Shown: positions 12,080 through 25,512 of the stretch, piece by piece
How the letters are laid out: the number at the start of each line of letters is the position of its first letter
Position numbering within the stretch: position 1 is the stretch's first letter
Assembly (NCBI GenBank): GCA_013265495.1
Contig: MU061579.1
Location: forward strand, 3,851,749-3,915,748
Reading direction: 5' to 3'
Origin: Vicugna vicugna
Lineage: Eukaryota
Length of the DNA stretch: 64,000 nt
The notes under the pieces: model-generated
Told to the model about the DNA's origin: nothing
The model's input: only the letters and a program-made list of their open reading frames with translations
Databases searched by the model: none
Position numbers and translations under genes: made by a program

Positions 12080-12960
12080 AGGCCATACTAGCTGGTCTTT
12101 TGCTGATTCCTTCCCTTCTTGTCAGCCCTTTGCTGTAGAGGTTGAAGCCCTTGAATGAGTCTTGACTTCAAACTTCCTATTTTTTCTCTAGCATAAACCT
12201 TTTATCTGCTCTGTACTCCAGACATATGCCTCCATTCTCAAACCTAATGTAGCCAAATCTGCATTCCTGACCTCACTCTGTGTTCCCCAAATTTCTTCCA
12301 CTCATAGTCTTCTCAATTCATACAATAGAAACTCTCTTTTCCCCAATTTCTCATTTAAAAACAAACAGAAAAAAATCTAGAACTCATCCACGAATTCTCT
12401 CACAATTCACTTTTAATCAGTCAGGAAATTCTGTTCATTCAACTTTTAAAATAAATCTAGAATCTGAAAGCTTCTCATCTCATTCAACTCAGATTTGGGT
12501 CCTGATCCCAGCTGTCCTCCTTTATGGTCTGGATGACTGCAATATTTTTTTGAATCAGCTGCCCTGCTTCCACACCTGCACCCTACCCACATTCTACTCT
12601 TAACACAAAAGCTACAGTCTTCTTATTCATTTCTAAGTCAGACATGGTCCACTGCTCTACCCAAATCCTTCCACTGGCTTCCCATTTCTCCACAAGTAGA
12701 AGCGAAATTCTCCACAATGGACTGCGAAGTCCAATATGATCTTGGCAACATTACCCTTCTAACCTCACCTGCTACCACTTCCCTCATTCATTCCAGCCAT
12801 ACTGGCCTCTTGCTGCTTTCGGAGCATGTCAGGAACATTGTTACATGATGAATGTTCTGCCTAAAATGTTCTTTCCCAGGTAAGAGCATGGCTTACTCCT
12901 CATTGCCATACGTTTTCACTCAGTCATCTTTCAGTAAAGACGACTACTCCCTCCCTCTCC
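12080..12960 (+). mobile_element. L2 fragment
   Basis: ctgtactccagac..ctcaaacctaatgtagccaaa..ctggatgactgcaata..ccactggcttcccat..ttccagccatactggcctcttgctg. Confidence 0.85.
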
Positions 12961-13029
12961 CCAGTCACTTTTCACATTTTGCACTTCTTTCTCTCTCTCT
13001 ACTGTACTCATTATACTCTAGCTCGTGTT

Positions 13030-13245
13030 TATTACTGTTTTAAGCACGATACATAGATTAATTAATTTAATCCATACGATAACTCAACTGGGTAGAAATC
13101 ATTATTATCTCCACCTAAAAAATGGGAACATTATGACACAAAACAATTAACCATCTTATCCAATTTACATTGCTAGGAAGTGGCTGAGCTGGAATGTAAA
13201 ACTGACTTGAGATTCAGTTCTCTCAATCACTATGCTGTGCTGCTT
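13030..13245 (-). mobile_element. MIR SINE
   Basis: attaatttaatcc..cattattatctccacct..ctaggaagtggctgagctggaat..ctctcaatcactatgctg. Confidence 0.8.
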
Positions 13246-14411
13246 CTAGGAGGTATTGCACTATAATCAGCGGTTTGCAGAGAGTTACCCTGAGGGCACC
13301 CAAGGAAGGGAGTTTCCAGGTTGAAGCTTAGGAATTGGCAAGGATGTTTTACAAAGTACAAAGAGTTCACCCTTGAAAGGTGTAATTGCGTTAGGCCAAA
13401 TAAATAAACATAACATCACTGGCAGAGGGAATAAAACAAAGACGTAGAATGTTTGGCATGTAGAGAGGACTACATCAAGTTACAGTATTAATTGACCATA
13501 AAATGCCTAGTCATAAAAAGCCAAGTGCAGTATATACATGGTGGACAGTATGAATACATGCTGGAAAATGAAGTGGGTTGTTACTGTAATTGAGTTTCCC
13601 AGAGCAGGCCTTAAGAAAGGTATTCTGTGAAAGAGCAGGAGAGGAGCCAAGTGAGAAAGTAAGGAAAGGAGAACAATGGGGGGGGCACTGAGTCAGGGAG
13701 TGTGAATCTGGCCCAGTCTCACAAGGGAATCATGTATAATGGGCTTTCAAGGAAAAAATACAAGATAAAAAGTTAGATTAATCCATCTCCTGGAATGTTT
13801 CAGGAAAGCTTTATTAAACTAAAGGTACATTCCTAAATACACACGAATTGTGTAAATATTACCGTGTTTGGCTATTCCCTTGACAAGGGGAAATGCCTGT
13901 GTCTGAGGAAAATTTTACTTTCTGACAGCCACACCTTCTTAAGTGCCCTTCCAGACAGATTGTCTGTATCTGGCTAATGTGTAATGAACACAATGATGAG
14001 GAATAAACTTAAATAACAAGGCAAGAGAAATCAGTGGAGGTCCTTAAGGGAGAAATTTGCCTTTAGTGACTAAGAATTGGAGGACCCTAATTTGGTAGTC
14101 AAAAAACTATTTCTGAAATATTTAACAGTTTATAAATGATTCTTTATCATAGAATATAATAATATCTGTCTTACCAACTCACAGTATCATTACTGTGAAG
14201 ATCAGAGAACAAAAAGCATGTTAAGAAAGTTAAAACTGTAATGAACAACAAAGCTTGATATACATAAATGAGTTTATGATTTCTGGTTCATTCAGTCTCT
14301 ACCTTCTAGAAATCCTATTGCAGACGCTTAAACACAGTATCTTTGTATATTTGCACAAATATTGGATGTATGTGTTTGTATGTATGGATGTAAGTTTTCT
14401 TCCCTTACCCA

Positions 14412-14901
14412 TAGAAGTAAGCAACATAATGGCCCCCTAAAGATTTCCATATCCTAATTCCCAGAACCCACAGCAAGCAGGGATAAAGTTACAGATGGAA
14501 TGCAAATCGTTAGTCAGCAGACCTTGGAATGGTGAGATTATGCTTAATTATCTGGATGGTTTAAACGTAATCACAAGGGTCCTATATATTTGGAAGAGAG
14601 ACACAGAAAAGTACTTACCAGAGGACTGCGACATGAGAAAGACTCAACTGGATATTGCAGGATTTTGAAGAGGGAACAGAGTCATGAGCCAAGGAACATC
14701 AGGCTGATTCTATAAACTGGAAACATAAGGAAGTGAGTTTTCTCCTAGAGTTTCCAGAAGGAATGCAACCATACCAACACCACTAGTTTAGCCCACTGAG
14801 ACTTATCTTGGATATCTTATATCAAACTCTTTCAGATAATAAAATTGTGTTAAACCACTAAATATGTGCTGTTTGTTACAGCACCAACAGGAAACTAATA
14901 A
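14412..14901 (+). mobile_element. MaLR LTR, MLT1D-like
   Basis: ataatggccccctaaagatttccatatcctaattcccagaacc..gtaatcacaagggtcct..tttgttacagcaccaacaggaaactaata. Confidence 0.88.
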
Positions 14902-15349
14902 CCACATAGATAACAGAATTCTCCTGCACCTACTTTTGTACTGATGAGTAACACACTTAGGGTTTTGGAAAATAAATTTTGACAATATTTTAATAATCAT
15001 TACTCAGATGAAAGAAATAATTATAGAGGAATATAACACCTGCAGAGGCAAGAAAACATTAAATGGGTAAGACAATATGTATGAAATTTGTCAGTCTCTT
15101 AAATATAAGTTTTAGGGTCGCTGTTATTTGGATAGAGGAGGGAAACCTGTCTGGGAAAGGAATCTTACCTTTAATTAGGTAGAAAGCACCCATTTTCCAT
15201 TTCCAATAACTAAAATCCTACAGAGAAAAAAAATATATATAGCATTTGTGAGGGAAACACAAATATACACTTATTCTGAATTACTGTAAAGAATGCAAAA
15301 ACCCAGTTATTGGTGAGGAAAGAGAATTCATTGCATATTGTGACAAAAG

Positions 15350-15745
15350 AGAAACAGCCAATGCTCAAAGACAATGTCTATTTTTTTGGCTATTTATGAG
15401 CCAATAAAATATTGGATTATAATGAGCTTTGACATTATTAACATAATGTGCAAAGAAAATTAACACTTCCAAGTGCAATGATTTTGTCATAAATAGGGAG
15501 GGGAAAGAGACCAAAGAGGGAGAGAGAGACTGAAAGAGACAATGGCTTCTGGCACCATCTGTCAGTGTGCTAATAGTTGCTTCTATAGCAGCAGCAGGTT
15601 TTAAGTCAAGAAAATTAAGCATTTGGATGATTCACCGTTGCATCAGCTGTTGTTGTTTGCATTTTACTTTTGCTCATTATCTTTACTAGATAAAGGCATT
15701 GCATATCATGTTGCTTATTCAAAGCAATTATTGACTGAAGGGAAA
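15350..15745. promoter_or_regulatory. Candidate conserved non-coding element/enhancer (motif-dense, repeat-free)
   Basis: CCAATAAAA (15401), ACAATGG (15539), CATCTG/TGTCA (15556-15564), CAGCTG (15644), TTTGCAT (15656), inverted GATA pair (15677-15693). Motif content only. Confidence 0.3.
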
Positions 15746-17542
15746 AAACAAAATCTGCACATAATGTTTTAGAGACCAACAAATGACAAAGGCAAAAAGA
15801 GAAAAGATGCTTAAAAAGTAATTTTTATTTTGTTATATTTTAGAATGATTTGGGAAATAACAGATTTTGAATATCAGAGACGACACATAGAACTAGAACT
15901 GCTATACCAATTGACGGTCCCTTTTTTCATGTATCCAGCATGAATGATGCTTTTAAAGGGATCAAACACAATTTTTATAGCATATCATCAGCTCACTTAT
16001 CCTCAGTATTCTCCATTCTTTCATAATAAGACCTTTACACTCTAGCTAAGATGAATCAGTAAATGCTTCATGCTGGGCTGTTTCTGTGACTATCTAAAGC
16101 GTCCATCTCCAACATCATGATTGCAAATCCAGAGTTCCTTTAAGAGCTTATATAAAAATCACTGCCTCTGTGAAAATATATTGACATGAAAAATTAGAAG
16201 GTGTTTAATAATGTTAGTAGTAGATGTTAAATAATGGGAACAGAGAAGGAGACTTAGACAATGAAACTTACTCTGAGATTGAATCTGAAAGTTAAGAATG
16301 GAGTGGTCAAGATAGTACCCAGTGGTTGGATGATATAGTGTGAGTGTTTTAAAGTCAGCAATATAACAAAAAATTAGAGGAAAAATATACAATCTTTACC
16401 AATTTCAACTGTCTTACATAGAAAACTGCTCATAGTGCTTTGAAAAATCATCGTGCTTATATGAATTTGAAAAGATATTTTCAATTATCTCATTTCATTC
16501 ACTTATCAGAGAAGTGGCATTCTCCAATTTATACTTCCATTTTTAACATTTGCCCAATACAAGCTACTCCTGTACTTTCTTTCCCATTGATCCCTGAACC
16601 TAACTGTCTGCCAGTACCTTTGATGGGAATTGGCTGCTCTGAACTGTAAGCTTCTTATCACAGCAGTATACAGTAGACACTTAAACCTTACCAATCAAGT
16701 AAATGAGTGAATAAATGATAGGCTGAAAGAATGAAAGTCAAGAATTCTTCGTTTGGATATTATTACAGACCTTTAACTAACAAAAGGAGCAGAACCAGGC
16801 AGACTGGACCTTAAAAGGTCAGGATTATAGACTAAATTATGAGCAATTTTAGAAATCCAGGGACATATAGGGATGTACATCATTTAGACTTAATGATACA
16901 CATAACTGAAATATAGAAATAACGTAGCTTCTGTAGCCATTGGCTGTAATACCAAAAAAGTGAGCAAATGATGCATTACCAGAGGGTGCAGGCCATTACA
17001 GAAGGTGGCCAAAAAAGTATGTATATTTTACTTTTTATCCTTCTACTCTTGATATGAACTTATTTACACTAGAAAACCAGACATCTTTTCAAACTTTCAG
17101 ACATATTAAATTATATTTTATAAAAGGCAAATACATAACGTAATATTATCCACCTTTAAGCAGACATAGCAATTCAGTCTGCAGAAACATCCTGGAATAA
17201 GATATCCAACACAGGAAGATGAACTAGTAAGTTTTGGTGTATTTTTAGGCCAGTCCTAAATGAAAAAAGTCCCCAAAACAAAACAAGATGGAGTAGCTAA
17301 TGAATAAAACAGTCACTTAGCTGCATGAACTGATGAGCCCTAAGTGTTTGCTAGCATTTTCTCCCTATACTATACTTTACAGATACAATAGAGACACATT
17401 CCACCAACATATTCTGACATATTCATATATTGTAGGCTGTCTGACTCCTGAGGCAGTGAAACATAAGGCCAAGAAAATGTCACTTTTGTTGTTATTCAAC
17501 AACACTGTCTACAATACTATTTCCATGTGGTTATGTGTGAGT

Positions 17543-17620
17543 TATATATATATATATATACACACATACACATATACATATATACATACACATATGTATA
17601 TTACACATGCACACACACAC
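17543..17620. repeat. Compound (TA)n/(CA)n microsatellite
   Basis: tatatatata..cacacatacacatatacata..cacacacac. Confidence 0.9.
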
Positions 17621-20600
17621 AAGAACAATGAATATAGCAGATAAAGTCTCATGTATAATGACTATATCCTTTCCCTGTAAAACTCTTAACAATTAGCCTC
17701 TCAGAGAGCACAATATAGGTGCTTAAAGGATGTGACTGCTCACCTACTACTGTATTCTAATGTAGTTTTCCTATCCTTTTACTTTTAACTTTTAGTGACA
17801 TTGCCATGGCATTTCTTTTAAAAAGACACAGTTCAATCTCCTATAAGCAACTAGTGTGCTATCCTGAGGCCAAAATGTGAATCCTCAGTTTGTGAACATG
17901 CAGCTGAGCAATCATATAATTCTCCAAAATGGGGAAAAATAACTCCTTGGACAAATGGGAAGAGATACAACAAAATACATTATTAGAACAACTGCAGTTT
18001 ATAATTTATGCATTTTTCCCCTACCATAACATCTCTTGGAATCTAACATATATGTAAATTCTAGATATCCGATTTCACGTGTAGCCCTGAATGAGGCAGT
18101 CCATTCTACGACATGCAATCCTTCATTCCTTCCTCTGGCTTAGGTGTGCCCTACACCTCACTTTGGAGTCCACCAAGGTAACATGGTTTGTTTCAGCATT
18201 ATTCTTTGACTGAGGTGGGCTAAATTCCATATTGTTATTAAAGAGGACCTACTATATTACATTCATACTTAATACATATTCTCGTTTCTTCCTTGTAGCA
18301 AATCTGCCAGGTGGCTATTAGTTCTGTTGTAAGCATGGGTAAAATTGGGCTTTGAAACATTAACAAACTGGTTAAGTTAACATTTCATAACCACAGACAT
18401 AGGGTTAAAACCTAAGTTAGAATTCACCAAAATCAACTTAAGACAATTAGGCATGGAATCTTTCTCTTCCTCTTTGCAACTTTGGAGTACTTTCTTCAGA
18501 GGATATTCCTCTCTGGGATCTGGAATATGCCACAGACAGCAGTGTCATCTATGAATGGATGCAAGTCTTCTTTCTTTCCTTTAGGGTAACTTCAAACCTC
18601 CTTCTCCCATTGTCCCCTTCATACCAGTGGAGTCCTGGTCCCTGCAGCTTGGCCTAGAAAGCAGATCTCTCTCATCTAGTATGTTATTTCTTTCATAAGA
18701 TCTTTGATTGTGTTCTATCAGAATGGTAGTGATCTTTGATTTGGGGTTACTTTAACTCACTTTAGACACAAGACAAGACGAGGCCTCTGAGCTACCGTTC
18801 CTCAGTCACCTTGGATGGACTCAAGGCCTTTGCTCCTTGTCTATGTTCTGATCTTGGTCCTATCTTCAGTTTATAGTGTTTATAATCCAAAGGGCCCTGA
18901 TAGCAGCTTTAATCCTGTGGGTCCCCACCACTGGCACCTAGGACAGGCACCATACTACCTTTGGGGGCTCTATGTTATATGTCAGGTAGTCCTCTTAAAA
19001 GAGGGAGGCATGCCTATAAAGACTCCTTTTTAAGGCTTTTATAGCTTTTAAGAACCTTTCTCTTTAATGCCAATGGACACTTATAATTGATATCCTCCCT
19101 TGATTCTGATTCATGTGGAGATTTCTTACTCTAATAGGTTGGTCTTAAGAATTACCAGATGAGAAAAGGATATTACTTGAACAAATAAAAGTGTTGTGTG
19201 GAAGGCAGCAGTGTGGTCAGTATTGAAAGAGATCACATTCTAGAATGTAGTATTGATGGGCTAAAGCATTCAAGAGATGGCATGATTGAAAGATGTGTTA
19301 TTCTAAGTTTGTGGTAAGAAATTTTGAATGGTTAATTTAACATGACCATAAAGCAAATTATGGTTTACATTTTCCTTCATACTCCCATGTAAGACCTGCA
19401 TTTGTGGTCTTCACCAATGAAGCACAGAACAATCTTTGAGAGAGTTACTGCAAGCCAACAGTCACAGGCATGATGCGTCATCTTAGGAGGAACAATATAA
19501 CCAGCAAGAAACAAACTGCAGAGGTAAAAACAGCTATTTTGTTTCAATACAAGCTAGCTCCAAAGAACCATAGACATTAATAATAGTTTTGCTATGTTTT
19601 TATTTTTGAGGTGGGAGATAGGAAATTAGCCAGGATAGTGAAATTGACAATAAAGAACAGGAATAGTTGGTTCAAGAACCAGGAGCAGGAAGAGCTGGTG
19701 CTGGAGTATATTCCCTGATTGGCCTAAAACAAATACTCTTTTTCTATCTATTATTCTAAATTTTCACTAACAAACCACTATCCTTCATATAAATTCATAA
19801 AATTTTAATACAATTTTATTCAAATCATTTATATAGACCAGGGCCCCACAGATAATATTTTCCTGAGGTCTCACATGTCCTGTTGGATGTCTCGTCCTAG
19901 AATACTGCCCTACGTGGCCTTCTCTGTCTTGCTATTCAGATATCTTCTCCTTCCTTGACATTACTTCTACTGTTTTGTATACCAATCAATGCCACTGAAA
20001 TGGCAGAACAGTCGCAAATCTCACTTACATTATACTGTACTATATGGGTCAAAAAACATTCAGACTTTTTTATCACTGATATTGTAAAGAAATTTTAATG
20101 AATCATTTTCTCTATAGTATTCCTCCCACCCCTCCCTAGGACTCTGTTTCAAGTCAGTAAGCTGGGTCAGAAAAACAAACAAACAAAAACAACAATGAAA
20201 CCCTAAGCAGCAAATACAGTGTTTTGTGGTGCCTCAAAAACATCATTGAGTCATGAGGCCTCAAGACATGAAGTCACACTTTTTCCACCTGAGTTCTGAA
20301 TCAATGAAGAGATAATCTAGAAGACAGATGGAGAAAAATATATCACTTAATTACTAGTAACCAGTAGGTTAAGGATTACTAATGTTTACCTCAGAATCAG
20401 GAAGAATTATTGATCCAGTCTCAGACAGAGCTGGACACTGGCTGGTCTCTGGACACAGCAGAATCCTGGTAAGAACTAAAACATGCAGCGTGCACTTCCT
20501 GAAGGGCACCTTTCCAAAGCAGATAAAATGCAAGGCTGAGCCACACATGTTCAGCATCCTAATTCAACTCACCTGTCAGGAACGTCACATGTTTTCCTTT

Positions 20601-22450
20601 GAGGAAGGTCAGTGAAAGTTAGTAGGGGCCAGCAAAGTGACTATTTGATGTCATTCTGAACGGCTTCACAATTTCCATTCAGAGACTATTAAAATATTTT
20701 GATAGAAGCACTAGTAACTAAAATAGGGTGCACTTAAAGGTAAAAAAGTATACAATATCTTTAAAAAAGAGTTTATATTATAGATATCAGTTGCCATTTG
20801 AAAAATCCCCCATTTACTGATTTAGCTAGCATAACCTACATCAAAGCTACTATTTGCATTCTACAGAACTACATGTATAAGGAATAAGTAATCAGTGAGC
20901 TATGGGAGACATTATAACAGAGAACTTGGAAATGTATAGATGACCAATAGCATACAATTAAATTCCTTAAATAATCCTAAAATATGGGTATAAAATTTGT
21001 CTGCTGCAAGCACATCTGCAAAGAGGCAAGTAAGGAATTAGTCAAAATTAAGCCTTTTTCTGCACCTCCATGCACTTTCTATCAACAGCGTGCTAGTGAA
21101 AAGAATCATCAACACTGCAATTGTGGTTCAACAAGGAATAATTACCTAGAAAACACATTAAATGGTTTTGTTCCCCTGAAAACGCTTTTCCTTTCAGGCA
21201 AGCTATTTTTTTCACTCTGGATTGAGAACTTTAGTGATTGTCTTTGAAAGCTTTACAATCCTAATAGTACCACTGGAATAAACCACTGTAAATCTGGGTA
21301 TAATCTGTTGATTCTTTCCTAATAATCCTAAGTCTCATATTCAAATGGTTGCATTATAGAACAGTAAGTCTAAAAGAATATACAGCACAATGCTCTCATC
21401 AAATGCCAATGCAGCATGATTAAGTATGAATTATTGATAATGAGGTTGTCTCAGTTTTTACCAGTTCCACTTATAGAGAGGAAAGAAAACCTAAAACAAT
21501 TTCTCATAGACAGGAAAAGAGACATGTCTAATTCCTACATGGAAAAATTGAAAAATACATCATCAATTAAAGGAATCTGCTATGCATATTAGCATGCTAT
21601 CACTTTAATGATGGAGTTTACTTAGCTAAAATCTCTAACAGAAGGTGTATGAAGACAGACTGTGACAATGACCCTTCTTTTTTTTAAAAGAAGTCATCCC
21701 CAGGAAGGAAGATTAATGCAGTTCCAGTGTGATGTAGGCTGTTTATATTCTTCATGCCTGGTCACCTAATTGATATTAAAAAAAAATCTTAAACTCTATT
21801 CATCAGGCAATTATTTTTACAATGAAGTAAAAATTAGGACAGATTAATGTTGTCATAGCAAGATTCTGCAGACAAAACTCCTAACTGCAATTTTTTAAAA
21901 ACTCTTCAATCACATGACTCTAAGTGAGTTTCTTTTGAGAGGACAGTCATAGATTAAGGCAAACCATTTTTTCCCCCTTAAATACAGCACATCTGGTTAT
22001 CAAATTTAATAACAGGTGTTCCTATATCCAAAACAGAATTAGAAAATTCTCAGGAAACATACTCAATCTTTTGATTTCTTATAGTACTGATTGAAACAAA
22101 TATTGCTAATTTAACATGGTGTAGGTGAAATCTATTATTAGATACTTGGAAAATTGTATTATAAAAGTCTTTAAGTATATTAAAAATGCATATATCTAAC
22201 ATGATTTTTTGAGTTGTTATTTCATTATTCTTATGCTTAAACCACCAACCCTATTTTATTACAAACAATTAGAGTTGATCTATAAAAAGAGAAGTACAGC
22301 CAACTCCCATTTTGTAACTCCAATTTACTTACAAAAGATTGTCCTAATAAGAAGCTTACATCTAATCTTTTTGACTCATTTATCTCCTTCTAATTCATAC
22401 TTTTAGATTTCTTCTGAGCAGCAGTGGGAAGAGAAAGGGGCATATAACAT

Positions 22451-22946
22451 TGCAGGGGGGAAGAGTTTTCCCCTGACCCTCTTAAGAGTCCCTGGCCGAG
22501 TCTGAAAAGTGAACTAATAAAGATAAATTAATAGGAGAAGGATATAAAATGTATTTACTATAAGGTTTTGGTGACACGGGAGATGATGCCCCAAAGAAAT
22601 AGCTAGACCTGAGGATTCTGTGCCAGGTTTGAGGAAGAATGGACAGTCGTGAAGGAATATGACTAAGGAGTATAATATAATTGTAGTAAACTGGGGGAAA
22701 CTGAGGGAGGCCTGTATGTTAGATTCTTCTTGGCATCTCTTTCTTTGAAGAAAAGGCTGCTCCTTTCCTCTGAGTAGAGAGGGTATTCCTCAGATGAGGA
22801 TTTTATGACCTGTTTCAAGGAAGAATGTGACAAAAGTGAGGTTAGAGTGACCTTCCTACTTCTGCCATTTTCTCAGATGTTTACAGCTTAAGATATTCAA
22901 TATGCCAAAGTGCTGCATTTTGGAGCAGCATGTCCTGAATCCATCA
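22451..22946 (-). mobile_element. ERV1 solo LTR, MER34/MER39-like, 4-bp TSD
   Basis: Minus strand starts tgatggattcaggacatgctgctccaaaat..ttggcatattgaatatcttaagctg. tg/ca termini. TSD acat at 22447-22450 and 22947-22950. Confidence 0.85.
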
Positions 22947-23318
22947 ACATCCCACCTCACCTCTTCTTTCACTGTTTCTTGTGCTTATGAAAAAAGGAGA
23001 GATGTTTAGTTGACAAACTAATGAATCTCCTGGAACTTCTTTAAGCTTAATGGTTTAGGCAGAACCTGCTGATTATAAAGAAACTGGACCACTAACTTCC
23101 AGTCCCTGTCCCTCTGACTTAAACCTCCTCTTTGCAGGTCCTGCTCACTTGCCACCACCTTGCAGCCATAATTGTATCAAAAATTTTTACTAAGCATTTT
23201 TTTGTTTGTTTCCTTTTAACCCAATTGAGATATTAAGAACATCTGAAGTAAAATATTAAGAAATTCCACCCCCCCTTTTTTTTCATTGTTCAGCATACAT
23301 ATAATCTACTTTCTTTCC

Positions 23319-23874
23319 TAGCAAAGAAAAATTGCACGGACAAGTTAAAAATATAAGGAAAATTTTATTTGCAACTATTTCAGTAATGGGGAGAGACTGC
23401 TACAATAGGTAAGTGAGAGGGAATTCAAAACTCAACTCGGTTAAAACCAAAGATAGGAGAGATTTTAAATGCTAGGGTGAGTCAGCACTTAAAGTACTAG
23501 AGGACACTGAGTGGTGGGAGGTTGGACAATGTGATTGGGCCATCTGTGTTTGCTGATTGGTGCCTATGAAAGTTAAACTTCAAACCTCCTAGACACTGGG
23601 AAACAGGGGAACTATACTATCTTCCTTGATGATTACATTTCAAAGGAATGTCTCACAAATCTTTGAGGAAGACGTTCTTGGGTTGTATGTAAAGCTGGCA
23701 ATACTTTGGCAGTAGATTTAAAGCCAAAGGGCAGAGAAAGAATTCATAATTGCAAGTTTTCTAAATTAAATGCTCTAAGGAAAGGGAGATTGGGGGCTTC
23801 TAAGGGTTGGGGGGGAACTGTCTAATATTTAGTTGAGGGAGTAAGATCTGAAGTTAATGTAGCCATCTTGAACT
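23319..23874 (-). mobile_element. ERV1 LTR, MER67-like
   Basis: aattgcacggacaagttaaa..gccatctgtgtttgctgattggtgc..gatgattacatttcaaagg..aattgcaagttttctaaa matches recalled MER67. Confidence 0.75.
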
Positions 23875-25119
23875 AGGAAATAAGAACCAATCTAGGATGG
23901 GAGAGAGAAAGTAGATCCTAGAACTATTCTTTGAATGTTTATCTAGCAATATCTAAACACATTCTTATCTGGACTCTTCATTGATGTGAAGCGACAAACT
24001 ACACTTTCCTTTTGCATTTGGATTTTCTGTCACTTAACACCAAAAGACACCTCAGTAATGTCCACTGTTCACAGATGCAGTCTGTTAGGTGTTGCAATTT
24101 TGTGTTTTGTCTCTTTCAAACTGCAACCTCATAGCTTCTGAGAACTAAAAAACAAAACAAAACAGCAAACTTAAAAAACACTCATCTGATTCCCTGTCTC
24201 CCAATCACAATTGAAATCAACAATGATATGTAAAAACTAGAACGGCTTAACACTAGATCAAAAGGTATGAAGAGAAGCACCTCTTTTCTCTTCTTTCTTA
24301 TAGATTGATATAACCTTAAAATACATACGTACCCTGAATGCAGCAGAGATAGTATTTTGCATGTTTATGCAAAGCTGTCAATTGCCGTCTCTGTATTAAA
24401 GATCATGCTCAGAAGCTTACCAATGGATAAGAAATGAGCCCATTAGTATGCAGTACCAAGGATAAGACCAGCTGCCACTAAAAAAAGCCCCAAAACACCA
24501 CCACCACCACCAAAACACTAGTTACATTCAAATCGATTAGGAATTTTTTTGTTAAAGATTTCCTTTATTTTCATAAATGAAACCACTGCAAGCATTTATT
24601 AACCTTTGTCCAAAGCTTGCTTCTAGGACTGGGTTGGGGTAGGTATTGTTTTTCTAAACTACAAATGTAAGACACTTAATACAGAATCTGACACACATTA
24701 GTGAACAAAATAACATTTAATACATGCATTATTAAATGTATTTTGTGATCATGGGAACATAAGAAAGATTTAATGACTATAATGTAAAAAATGTAATTAA
24801 CAACACAATGGGCACCAAATGGGAAAAAACAAAACAAAACGAAACAGAAAAAAACCTTCTCGTGTTGTAGATGAGTAACAGAGACCTAAGGAATGTTTGT
24901 TTAGTTTGGGTAACAGCAAAAGCCAAATTGGGGAAGTTCAAGTCTACAGAAGACAGGCCTCTCTGGGAGACATATGAGCAGTGGTGTAATCAAATCAAAC
25001 TGTTCTTAAAGAGTGATGTAGAAAAGGAAAAAATTTAGTTGTTATTGGATCAAATTGATGAGTAGCTATTATCATTTTTCTTATCATATTTAGCTATGTA
25101 ATTATCACCTGCCATATGC

Positions 25120-25512
25120 CATATTCTAGACATGAGGGGCAAAATAATGAGTAGAATAAACCGAAGTGTCTGCCTTCATGCAATTATATGCTAGTGGAGG
25201 GACACAGGAAATAAATAAAGGTTTATGTTGCATAGTGAGAAGGAACATGAAGAAAAATAAGACAAGGTAAGAAAATAGAATGGAACATGGTGATACTTTA
25301 TTTGGATTAGTGATCAGCAGATATTTCAAAGAACCTAAATTTGAGAAATTCCAAATGTATAAGAGAGTGGGATATGTGGATATCTAAGGTGAGAACTCCA
25401 AACTGAGACAGTAGCAAGTGCCAGAAGTGTGAGAGATGTCAGCACAATCCGCAAAAGGCCAATGTGGCTGTGGCAGACTGAGCAAGGGACAGAGTGATAG
25501 GAAGTTAAGTTG
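25120..25512 (-). mobile_element. L2 3' region
   Basis: ctgccttcatgcaattatatgctagtgg..aaggccaatgtggctgtggcagactgagcaaggg. Confidence 0.8.
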
